Shown piece by piece: positions 8,813-15,770 of a DNA stretch of 20,000 nucleotides. Position numbers and translations under genes: made by a program. Positions within the stretch are counted from its first letter, which is position 1; each line of letters starts with the position of its first letter. The notes under the pieces were generated by a model, which saw nothing but the letters and a program-made list of their open reading frames with translations, did not search any database and was not told the DNA's origin. This DNA comes from an uncultured virus (IMG/VR IMGVR_UViG_3300022074_000020) (Duplodnaviria > Heunggongvirae > Uroviricota > Caudoviricetes > Kyanoviridae): IMG/VR virus record IMGVR_UViG_3300022074_000020, positions 57,901 to 77,900 of that record; one strand, given 5' to 3'.

Positions 8813-10192
8813 ATGACAGTTCAAAAACTACAAGAGAAGTGGGCACCCGTTCTTAATCACGACGCTCTCCCAGAGATCGGTGACTCTTATAAGAAAGGCG
8901 TAGTCGCACAACTCTTAGAAAACCAAGAAAAAGCACAAATCGAAGAAGGTCAAATCCTTTCTGAGACTTTACAAACTACTGGTTATACTGGTGGCAGTAC
9001 CGCTACAGGTCCTGTTGCAGGTTTCGACCCAGTACTTATCTCATTGATCCGTAGATCGATGCCATCGCTGATCGCTTACGACATCGCAGGCGTTCAACCA
9101 ATGACTGGTCCTACTGGACTGATCTTTGCGATGAGAACTAACTACGGTGCCGAAAGAGATCCTAACGCATCTGGTTACGACGAAGCATTCTTCAACGAAC
9201 CAAACGCAGGTTTCTCTGGTGGTGCAGGTTCTGCTTACGATCCTGGCGCATCAGGTTCTGCAAACAACGACGCTGAAGGCAACAACCCTTCTGTTCTTAA
9301 CGACGGTTCTCCTGGAACTTACGAACAGACTGGCGATGCTGCAGGCATGGCAACTGCTACCTCTGAAGCATTAGACGACAGTGCATCTAACACTGCGTTC
9401 AGAGAGATGGGTTTCTCCATCGAGAAGGTGACTGTTACTGCTAAGGCAAGAGCTTTAAAGGCAGAGTACAGCATCGAACTTGCTCAAGACTTGAAAGCAA
9501 TTCACGGTCTTGATGCCGAGCAAGAACTTAGCAACATTCTCTCTACTGAGATTCTTGCTGAGATCAACAGAGAAGTTGTTCGTACTATCTACACTAACGC
9601 TGTAGCAGGTGCACAGAACAATACTTCTTCTGCAGGTATCTTCGACCTTGACGTTGACTCTAATGGTCGTTGGTCAGTTGAGAAGTTCAAAGGACTTCTT
9701 TTCCAGATCGAAAGAGATGCTAACGCTATCGGTCAGCAAACTCGTCGCGGGAAGGGCAACATCTTGATCTGCTCTGCAGACGTTGCTTCTGCTCTAGGTA
9801 TGGCAGGCGTTCTTGATTACGCTCCAGGTTTACAAGGTAACAACGCACTTACAGGTGTAGACGATACTTCTTCTACTCTCGTTGGTACTCTTAACGGACG
9901 CATCAAGGTTTACGTTGATCCTTACTCTGCTAACGTTGCTGACAAGCACTTCTACGTTGCAGGATACAAAGGTACTTCACCTTACGACGCAGGACTATTC
10001 TACTGTCCTTACGTTCCGTTACAGCAAGTTAGAGCAATCAACCCTAACACCTTCCAACCAAAAATTGGTTTCAAGACTCGTTACGGTATGGTTTCTAACC
10101 CATTCTCTGGCGGACTTACTCAAGGTTCTGGCGCACTTACTGCTAACGCTAACAAGTACTACAGACGTGTACAGGTTGCAAACCTTATGTAA
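8813..10192 (+). CDS. g23: Major capsid protein (gp23)
   Basis: KWAPVL, LLENQE, DPVLISLIRR, GVQPMTGPTGLIFAMR, RALKAEYS.ELAQDLKAIHGLDAE and FQPKIGFKTRYG motifs. Confidence 0.99.
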   Translation: MTVQKLQEKWAPVLNHDALPEIGDSYKKGVVAQLLENQEKAQIEEGQILSETLQTTGYTGGSTATGPVAGFDPVLISLIRRSMPSLIAYDIAGVQPMTGPTGLIFAMRTNYGAERDPNASGYDEAFFNEPNAGFSGGAGSAYDPGASGSANNDAEGNNPSVLNDGSPGTYEQTGDAAGMATATSEALDDSASNTAFREMGFSIEKVTVTAKARALKAEYSIELAQDLKAIHGLDAEQELSNILSTEILAEINREVVRTIYTNAVAGAQNNTSSAGIFDLDVDSNGRWSVEKFKGLLFQIERDANAIGQQTRRGKGNILICSADVASALGMAGVLDYAPGLQGNNALTGVDDTSSTLVGTLNGRIKVYVDPYSANVADKHFYVAGYKGTSPYDAGLFYCPYVPLQQVRAINPNTFQPKIGFKTRYGMVSNPFSGGLTQGSGALTANANKYYRRVQVANLM

Positions 10193-10215
10193 TAGGCAAT
10201 ATTGCTTATCTTTTG

Positions 10216-10242
10216 AGAGGGTGCTTGACACCCTCTTTTTTT
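10216..10242 (+). terminator. Rho-independent terminator after g23
   Basis: Stem AGAGGGTG (10216-10223), loop CTTGA, CACCCTCT (10229-10236), then a T run. Confidence 0.88.
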
Positions 10243-10252
10243 ATGCTATAAT
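10225..10252 (+). promoter_or_regulatory. Sigma70-type promoter overlapping the g23 terminator
   Basis: TTGACA (10225-10230), 16 nt spacer, TATAAT (10247-10252), with extended -10 TG at 10244-10245. Confidence 0.85.
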
Positions 10253-10262
10253 TTAAGGGTAA

Positions 10263-10440
10263 CGACGGTTACGTCGGGAGTGACTGAATAAACTTACTGG
10301 CATATAGCTAGTTAAGGTGATGAGACACAGGTGGTGCTGCTACGAAAGTAGAATCGATTTACCAATCGGGTCTCAGGCAAGAATGTTTTTACTCTGTAGT
10401 AATGCCCATTCTTTGTTGGTATACAGGATTCCAACCTCCC
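10263..10440 (+). ncRNA. Structured non-coding RNA, probably the manA RNA motif
   Basis: No ORF in the track and many nested helices. CGACG/CGTCG 10263-10276. Closing GGGAG 10276-10280 / CTCCC 10436-10440. ACTGGC/GCTAGT 10296-10312. TGAGAC 10321-10326 / GTCTCA 10370-10375. CTAC-GAAA-GTAG 10340-10351. CGATT/AATCG 10355-10368. AAGAATG 10379-10385 / CATTCTT 10407-10413. GTTGG 10415-10419 / CCAAC 10431-10435. The family name is from memory of the cyanophage manA motif, not a search. Confidence 0.8.
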
Positions 10441-10447
10441 TCTATAT

Positions 10448-10455
10448 TATAAATA
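10448..10455 (+). promoter_or_regulatory. T4-type late promoter TATAAATA
   Basis: Exact consensus directly after the structured RNA. The AT-rich context lowers certainty. Confidence 0.6.
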
Positions 10456-10463
10456 AAATTAAT

Positions 10464-10487
10464 AGGACTCATTAGCAGTCCTTTTTT
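10464..10487 (+). terminator. Putative Rho-independent terminator downstream of the ncRNA
   Basis: AGGACT (10464-10469), loop CATTAGC, AGTCCT (10477-10482), then TTTTT. Confidence 0.65.
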
Positions 10488-10507
10488 AATACCTCAAATT
10501 TTAATAC

Positions 10508-10807
10508 ATGTTATCTACCGCTTATCGCCTTCGACTAGAAGGCATATGTAAATCTATTGCAGCAGGAACTGAAGTAAGTATAGACGATATGATATGGGCA
10601 CAGAAACTAGCAAAAGCAAATACGTCTGCACGCGGTATGTTAAGTACAGCAAGACGTATGAATACGAATCCAGATGATTCTTTTCTTAACGGTCTGAATA
10701 TTGGTGACCCCGATTCAGGCAACCACCGTAGGGGTTTCTTTAATCCAGAAGAAGTAGTAGACTGGTTTCATCAAGAACGTTCAGATGATTGGAGGCAACG
10801 CGACTAA
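10508..10807 (+). CDS. Hypothetical phage protein, 99 aa
   Basis: ORF track. Plausible protein ending SDDWRQRD, with TAATG coupling to the next ORF. Confidence 0.8.
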   Translation: MLSTAYRLRLEGICKSIAAGTEVSIDDMIWAQKLAKANTSARGMLSTARRMNTNPDDSFLNGLNIGDPDSGNHRRGFFNPEEVVDWFHQERSDDWRQRD

Positions 10808-11010
10808 TGAACACACAAGCAATGTCAGCACAATTTGGTGCTATTGATTTATCGGACATAGAAGAACAAAGAAATCGAATTCCAGATTTGGAAAGAAAGG
10901 AAATGAATCTTTTATCTGATGCAATGAGGATTGAACTTAAACAAGTTATTAATGAAGTTCTGGACGAGAGAGAACGAACAAGACCATTTGGTGGACTTGG
11001 GGGTAAGTAA
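10807..11010 (+). CDS. Hypothetical phage protein, ~67 aa
   Basis: The ORF track starts at 10789, but the in-frame ATG at 10807 overlapping the previous stop (TAATG) is the more likely start. Confidence 0.7.
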   Translation: MNTQAMSAQFGAIDLSDIEEQRNRIPDLERKEMNLLSDAMRIELKQVINEVLDERERTRPFGGLGGK

Positions 11011-11216
11011 TGTTAGCAACAATCCTACTATTCAGTTGTATTCCATTTGTGACTGTCACTCTATACTTTGGTACTAGGGGAGGATACTATGATACTGATG
11101 CCTATGATGGACATGGTACAGCACACAAAGTACTCTTAGATGATGAACCAAAAGTATACTGGTCAAGTGAAGCATTAGATCAGTTAGAAATGCTCCAGAA
11201 GAAAGAGACTAAATAA
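11010..11216 (+). CDS. ndhP: NdhP-like small subunit of photosynthetic complex I (NDH-1L) with a 29-aa C-terminal extension
   Basis: One hydrophobic helix followed by YFGTRGGYYDTDAYDGHGTAH, matching the cyanobacterial NdhP signature as I recall it (FFGTRNGFYD[S/T]DxYxGNGSAH). Confidence 0.8.
   Translation: MLATILLFSCIPFVTVTLYFGTRGGYYDTDAYDGHGTAHKVLLDDEPKVYWSSEALDQLEMLQKKETK
11209..11215 (+). promoter_or_regulatory. Possible late-promoter variant CTAAATA upstream of the oxygenase/g3 genes
   Basis: Same heptamer as upstream of g19, g20 and the gp67-like gene. Overlaps the ndhP-like stop codon. Confidence 0.5.
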
Positions 11217-11235
11217 TAAAAGAGAATGACTTATT

Positions 11236-11826
11236 ATGATCACTGACATCAGATATGATGGGTTCATAGGTATCTTTGATACGGAATATGATACTCAACC
11301 CTTGATTGATTATTGGGAATACCAAAACAAAGTGGGATCTACATTTAAACGTAAAGGTTTATTTGGTAGAGAGCGCAAAGCACATGCTCGTAAAGATACA
11401 TGTCTTGCCACTGAAGATTTTATGTTGGATCACAACTGCGGTTATCAGTGGATGCGCGAATATAATGAAGTTACTGGTAGATGCCTTGAAGAATACATTG
11501 ATCAGTTTGAACATCTTCTACATTATAGATATCAACAAGTATATCTGAATGTACAAAAGACTTTACCACAGCAAGGATATCATAGTTGGCATTCAGAAGA
11601 TGGTTCTTTAGGATGTAATCGTCGGATCCTTGCCACTATGATGTATCTTAATGATATTGCTGAAGGTGGTGAAACTGAATTTCTATATCAGTCTTTGAGA
11701 TACAAACCCAAACGAGGACAGTTTCTTATCTGGCCAGCAGGTTTTACTCATGTTCACAGAGGTAATCCTCCTTTGTCTGGTGAGAAATACATTTCTACAT
11801 CATGGTTAGAAAATATAAACGCATAA
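11236..11826 (+). CDS. 2OG-Fe(II) oxygenase superfamily protein (prolyl-hydroxylase-like)
   Basis: GYHSWHSE, RRILATMMYLND..EGGETEF, WPAGFTHVHRG and KYISTSW: double-stranded beta-helix oxygenase motifs common in cyanophages. Confidence 0.9.
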   Translation: MITDIRYDGFIGIFDTEYDTQPLIDYWEYQNKVGSTFKRKGLFGRERKAHARKDTCLATEDFMLDHNCGYQWMREYNEVTGRCLEEYIDQFEHLLHYRYQQVYLNVQKTLPQQGYHSWHSEDGSLGCNRRILATMMYLNDIAEGGETEFLYQSLRYKPKRGQFLIWPAGFTHVHRGNPPLSGEKYISTSWLENINA

Positions 11827-11827
11827 C

Positions 11828-12388
11828 ATGTCTGCACAAAACTGGTATCAAGAACAATTAACGAACAAGAACTTTCTATCTCCAATTGGATTTGTATTCC
11901 TTTTGGAGAAAGCAAGGAAGGTTTCGTTTTTATGTCAGCGAGCAAGTATCCCAGAACTTAATGTTGGTGATATCCAAATACCTACTAGAGGATTAGTTCG
12001 TGTTCCCATCGAAGGTAACATTGACTATGGAGACTTAACTCTAGAGTTTATTGTTGATGAAGATCTAAGAAATTATATGGAGATTCATAACTGGTTGCGT
12101 GCATTGGGTACTCCTGATAATGTTGGGGAGAGAACTTCATGGATGCAGGCAAACAGTGATAGAACATTTAATGACAGAGGATCTAAAGTATCTGATGGCA
12201 CATTACAAGTATTGAACAATAATAATATCGCAAACTTTGATGTAGTGTTTGAAGAGATGTTTCCAGTCAGTCTATCAACTCTGGACTTCAACGTTACGAA
12301 TACAGATACAGATTATCTTACAGCAAGTGTTACTTTCAAATATCTTCTTTACGAGATCAGAAACACTAACCAACGTACTAGACGATGA
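11828..12388 (+). CDS. g3: Tail completion / sheath stabiliser protein (gp3)
   Basis: NKNFLSPIGF.F, L.LEFIVDEDLRNY.EIHNWL, SDGTL and FPVSLSTLDF motifs. Position before uvsY/uvsW. Confidence 0.9.
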   Translation: MSAQNWYQEQLTNKNFLSPIGFVFLLEKARKVSFLCQRASIPELNVGDIQIPTRGLVRVPIEGNIDYGDLTLEFIVDEDLRNYMEIHNWLRALGTPDNVGERTSWMQANSDRTFNDRGSKVSDGTLQVLNNNNIANFDVVFEEMFPVSLSTLDFNVTNTDTDYLTASVTFKYLLYEIRNTNQRTRR

Positions 12389-12780
12389 AATTTGAGTACA
12401 AGTTTGAACATCATTGGGGTGGTGAAGATAACTGGTATACTAAATCTAAGAGATGGGCAAAGAAACAAAACCCAACCATGTCCTTAATTGCATCAATTTT
12501 TATAGAATGGTTGCATAAATGGTGGATTGATGGTAAAATACAAATGGTCCTTGACGACGTTGATCGCCAAGTTGACTTAATACATTCCCAATGGGAGGCA
12601 AATGACAGAGAACTCACCCCACACACAGTGGAGACAGGAGTATTTGGAGATGAAGGGTGGTCTATCTCAATCACAAATCCGATTGTTGAAAGAAGGACCG
12701 AACCAACTGTCTCAGGCATGGTTACTCCAAGCGATGCACAACGATTACAAGCAAATGAAGGGGATCAAAGAAACCCCTAG
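12385..12780 (+). CDS. Hypothetical protein, 131 aa, Trp-rich N-terminal half
   Basis: ATGA coupling to the g3 stop. It is the only + strand ORF in the track covering 12389-12601. Confidence 0.65.
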   Translation: MKFEYKFEHHWGGEDNWYTKSKRWAKKQNPTMSLIASIFIEWLHKWWIDGKIQMVLDDVDRQVDLIHSQWEANDRELTPHTVETGVFGDEGWSISITNPIVERRTEPTVSGMVTPSDAQRLQANEGDQRNP

Positions 12781-12847
12781 TAAAGAAAGTGGTGTCCAGA
12801 CATCAATGAAACAATGGTTTCAAAACAATAAAGAGCAAGGATCATAA
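12602..12847 (+). CDS. Hypothetical protein, 81 aa
   Basis: GGGAGG (12593-12598) just upstream and TAATG coupling to uvsY. Overlaps the previous ORF by 179 nt. Confidence 0.7.
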   Translation: MTENSPHTQWRQEYLEMKGGLSQSQIRLLKEGPNQLSQAWLLQAMHNDYKQMKGIKETPSKESGVQTSMKQWFQNNKEQGS

Positions 12848-13275
12848 TGAATCTGGAAAAACTGCAGGAACTGTGGAAGACAGATTGTCAGATCGATACT
12901 GATTTGTATTGTGAAGAGTCAATCAAGATTCCACAGTTGCATCAAAGGTATTTGGAATTTTATAATACATACTCTCTTATGAAGAAAGAGAAAGAGGGTA
13001 CGTTAAATGCATTAAAGAAAGATAAATGGTTGTACTATAAAGGAAAGGCATCATCTCAAATCTACAAAGAGATGCCATTTGATTTAAAACTTACTACTAA
13101 AGAAGAGATCTGGATGTTCATCGATGCAGATGAAGACGTCCGCAAGTTACGTTATAAGATTGATTATATTGATCAAGTATTATATTTCTTGGAAAATGTT
13201 CTGAAACAAATCAATACTAGGAACTTTCAAATCAAGAATGCTATTGAATGGACTAAGTGGAAAGAAGGTTCTTAA
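12847..13275 (+). CDS. uvsY: Recombination mediator UvsY
   Basis: W..DCQID, KIPQLH.RYL, KWLYYKGKA and INTRNFQIKNAIEW.K motifs. Directly upstream of uvsW. Confidence 0.93.
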   Translation: MNLEKLQELWKTDCQIDTDLYCEESIKIPQLHQRYLEFYNTYSLMKKEKEGTLNALKKDKWLYYKGKASSQIYKEMPFDLKLTTKEEIWMFIDADEDVRKLRYKIDYIDQVLYFLENVLKQINTRNFQIKNAIEWTKWKEGS

Positions 13276-13311
13276 TACTCTGATACATAGTGTAGTGAAG
13301 TAAACTCACCT

Positions 13312-14784
13312 ATGTCAATGGATCTTAAGATCAAGAAGAAGAATGAAGTATATCTTAAGGTTCAAGCAGAACCTCATATAAATTACGAGTTATCGGATTT
13401 CTTTACCTTCGAGGTTGAGTCTGCAAAGTTTATGCAGAAGCAAAGAAGGTGGAAAGGATGGGATGGAAAGATAAGATTATACTCTCCTGCTACAGGGGAG
13501 ATCTATTGTGGTCTCTATGATTATTTGGTTGACTACGCAAAGAAGAAGGGATACGAGTATGAGACGGAGACCGATGAGAATTTTGGTCATCCCGAAGATG
13601 TGAATAAGTTTGTGACTCCTGAGGCAGTTGCAGGTTATATGAAATCACTGAATCTTCCTGTGAAGGTACGCGACTACCAATATCAAGCAGTATACGAATG
13701 CCTGAGATACAACAGACGACTCCTATTGTCGCCAACTGCAAGCGGGAAATCCTTGATGATTTATTCATTGGTTAGGTATCATGAAAAGTTAGACAGAAGA
13801 ATTCTTATCGTAGTTCCTACGACGTCTCTTGTTGAGCAAATGTACAAAGACTTTGAATCCTATGGATGGAAAGCGTCTGACTATTGCCACAAAATATACG
13901 CGGGGCAAGAAAAATACACGAACCATGAAGTAGTAATCACCACTTGGCAGAGTATTTACAAGGAACCTAGTCAATGGTTTAGCAAATTTGATGTCGTGAT
14001 CGGTGACGAGGCGCACCAATTCAAAGCTAAATCTCTTACTTCTCTTATGGGTAAGTTGCATAACTGTAAGTATAGGTATGGATTTACAGGGACACTTGAT
14101 GGTGCAAATGTAAATCAGTTAACTCTAGAAGGATTGTTTGGTAGATGTACACAAGTAACAAGAACTAACGAGTTAATGAAGCAAGGATATATTGCAAAAC
14201 TGAAAGTTAAAATTGTATTATTGAAGCACGAAGAACAACTCTTCGAGGGGTATCAGGATGAGATGAGTTATCTTGTAGAGCATGAAGGACGGAATAGATT
14301 CATCCGTAACCTTGCTGCAGATCTAAAAGGGAATACATTGATCCTCTTTAACTATGTAGAGCGTCATGGGGAACCTTTGTTTAACTTGATAAATAGTCAT
14401 GTGGAACGTCCAGTACATTTCGTTCACGGTGGTGTAGACGTTGAAGATCGAGAAGAGATTCGACAACTTACTGAAGTGTCTGACGATGCTATCATCATTG
14501 CCAGTTACGGAACGTTCTCTACAGGGATTAATATCAAAAACTTGCATAATGTAATTTTTGCTTCTCCTTCAAAATCAAGAGTCAGGAACTTACAGTCCAT
14601 TGGGCGAGTATTAAGGAAAGGAGAAAACAAATCACAAGCGACTTTGTATGATATTGCGGATGACATTTCTACTGATCGTGGAAATAACTATACTTTAAAT
14701 CATCTATTAGAACGAGTGAAAGTATACAATGAAGAAAAATTTAATTATGAAATTATAGACGTAAAACTAAAAGCCTATGATTAA
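13312..14784 (+). CDS. uvsW: SF2 DNA helicase UvsW
   Basis: WDGKIRLY, RDYQ, Walker A SPTASGKS, DEAH box, GFTGT, YGTFSTGINI and QSIGRVLR. The start could be 13318. Confidence 0.97.
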   Translation: MSMDLKIKKKNEVYLKVQAEPHINYELSDFFTFEVESAKFMQKQRRWKGWDGKIRLYSPATGEIYCGLYDYLVDYAKKKGYEYETETDENFGHPEDVNKFVTPEAVAGYMKSLNLPVKVRDYQYQAVYECLRYNRRLLLSPTASGKSLMIYSLVRYHEKLDRRILIVVPTTSLVEQMYKDFESYGWKASDYCHKIYAGQEKYTNHEVVITTWQSIYKEPSQWFSKFDVVIGDEAHQFKAKSLTSLMGKLHNCKYRYGFTGTLDGANVNQLTLEGLFGRCTQVTRTNELMKQGYIAKLKVKIVLLKHEEQLFEGYQDEMSYLVEHEGRNRFIRNLAADLKGNTLILFNYVERHGEPLFNLINSHVERPVHFVHGGVDVEDREEIRQLTEVSDDAIIIASYGTFSTGINIKNLHNVIFASPSKSRVRNLQSIGRVLRKGENKSQATLYDIADDISTDRGNNYTLNHLLERVKVYNEEKFNYEIIDVKLKAYD

Positions 14785-15220
14785 CCATGTAAAACACGAC
14801 GAAGATTTCTTTGGCATTTTTAAAATGACCAATGGAGAAGAAGTGCTATCTCGCGCTGTGATCACAGTAGATCAAAATGAATCACTTATCTTTTTACAAG
14901 ATCCAGTAATGGTTCATGTAATGACAAAACCTATGAGTGAAACTAAGATGGTGCGTGGAGTTGGATTTGTCAAATGGCAACAACTCTCTGATGAGGAATT
15001 CTTTGTAGTGAAAGAAAAAGATGTAGTGTGCATCGCCACCATGAGCAGAGAGGTTCAACTTTTGTATGAAGGTTACCTCATGACTGAAAATGGAGTCAAA
15101 CCAACGTCGCACAAGGCAGGGTACCACATCAAACCAGATAAATCTATCGGATACGTTGGTAACACTGATGACTATAGAGAAAAACTAGAAGATCTATTTA
15201 AAGCTACTGATAACCCTTGA
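14777..15220 (+). CDS. Hypothetical protein between uvsW and g55, 147 aa
   Basis: ORF track. KMTNGEEV beta-rich N-terminus, in a slot normally occupied by a conserved gene in T4-like cyanophages. Confidence 0.8.
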   Translation: MINHVKHDEDFFGIFKMTNGEEVLSRAVITVDQNESLIFLQDPVMVHVMTKPMSETKMVRGVGFVKWQQLSDEEFFVVKEKDVVCIATMSREVQLLYEGYLMTENGVKPTSHKAGYHIKPDKSIGYVGNTDDYREKLEDLFKATDNP

Positions 15221-15234
15221 ACCCTTACAGTGTT

Positions 15235-15263
15235 ATTGTACTCGTAATTGACATTCCTGTCAA
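15235..15263 (-). promoter_or_regulatory. Divergent (antisense) sigma70-type promoter
   Basis: On the minus strand: TTGACA (15263-15258), 17 nt spacer, TACAAT (15240-15235). Confidence 0.6.
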
Positions 15264-15275
15264 GTATGCTATAAT
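15248..15275 (+). promoter_or_regulatory. Sigma70-type promoter for g55
   Basis: TTGACA (15248-15253), 16 nt spacer, TATAAT (15270-15275), with extended -10 TG. Shares TATGCTATAAT with the 10225 promoter. Confidence 0.85.
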
Positions 15276-15296
15276 AACAACAGCACTTAAACACAT

Positions 15297-15770
15297 ATGA
15301 AGCGAGTCGCCAAGAAAAAACAACACTACGTTGATAACCAAAAGTTCCTAGCAGCAATCGTCGAATACAAACGACGTGTCGATGTTGCTAAAGAAAAGGG
15401 ACTGGATAAACCTCGTGTCAACGATTATATTGGCGGTTGCTTTCTTAAGATTGCAAATCATCTGTCATTCCGTCCTAACTTTATCAACTATATGTACAAG
15501 GACGATATGATTTGTGATGGTATTGAAAATTGTATTCAATATATTGACAACTTCAATCCTGAAAAATCCAAGAACCCTTTTGCATACTTCACACAGATTG
15601 TATACTATGCATTCCTGAGACGAATTGCTAAAGAGAAACGGCAGATGGACATCAAAGATAAGATCATTGACAAGTATGGATACTCAGATGTATTCTCAGT
15701 TGACGGATCAGCAACAACCGACTATAATAGTATCAAATCTAATATCCAAGTAAAAACTCGTCGTCAATGA
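15297..15770 (+). CDS. g55: Late-transcription sigma factor (gp55)
   Basis: HYVDNQKFL, YIGGCFLKIA.HLS.RPNFINY, DMICDGIENC.QY..NFNPEKS.NPFAYFTQI and AFLRRI.KEK motifs. Confidence 0.96.
   Translation: MKRVAKKKQHYVDNQKFLAAIVEYKRRVDVAKEKGLDKPRVNDYIGGCFLKIANHLSFRPNFINYMYKDDMICDGIENCIQYIDNFNPEKSKNPFAYFTQIVYYAFLRRIAKEKRQMDIKDKIIDKYGYSDVFSVDGSATTDYNSIKSNIQVKTRRQ

Noticed and set aside
8265..8846. 193-aa minus-strand ORF, and the other minus-strand ORFs in the track
   Set aside because: They lie antisense to well-recognised core genes, are Ser/Phe/Ile-rich mirror translations of biased + strand codons, and show no recognisable motifs.
10263..10440. tRNA or CRISPR-like array interpretation of the structured intergenic region
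   Set aside because: No cloverleaf with a TTCGA T-loop and matching acceptor stem, and no regularly spaced direct repeats.
10508..10660. MLSTA occurring twice in the 99-aa ORF
   Set aside because: Only five residues, with diverged DNA and no further repeat structure, so probably coincidental.
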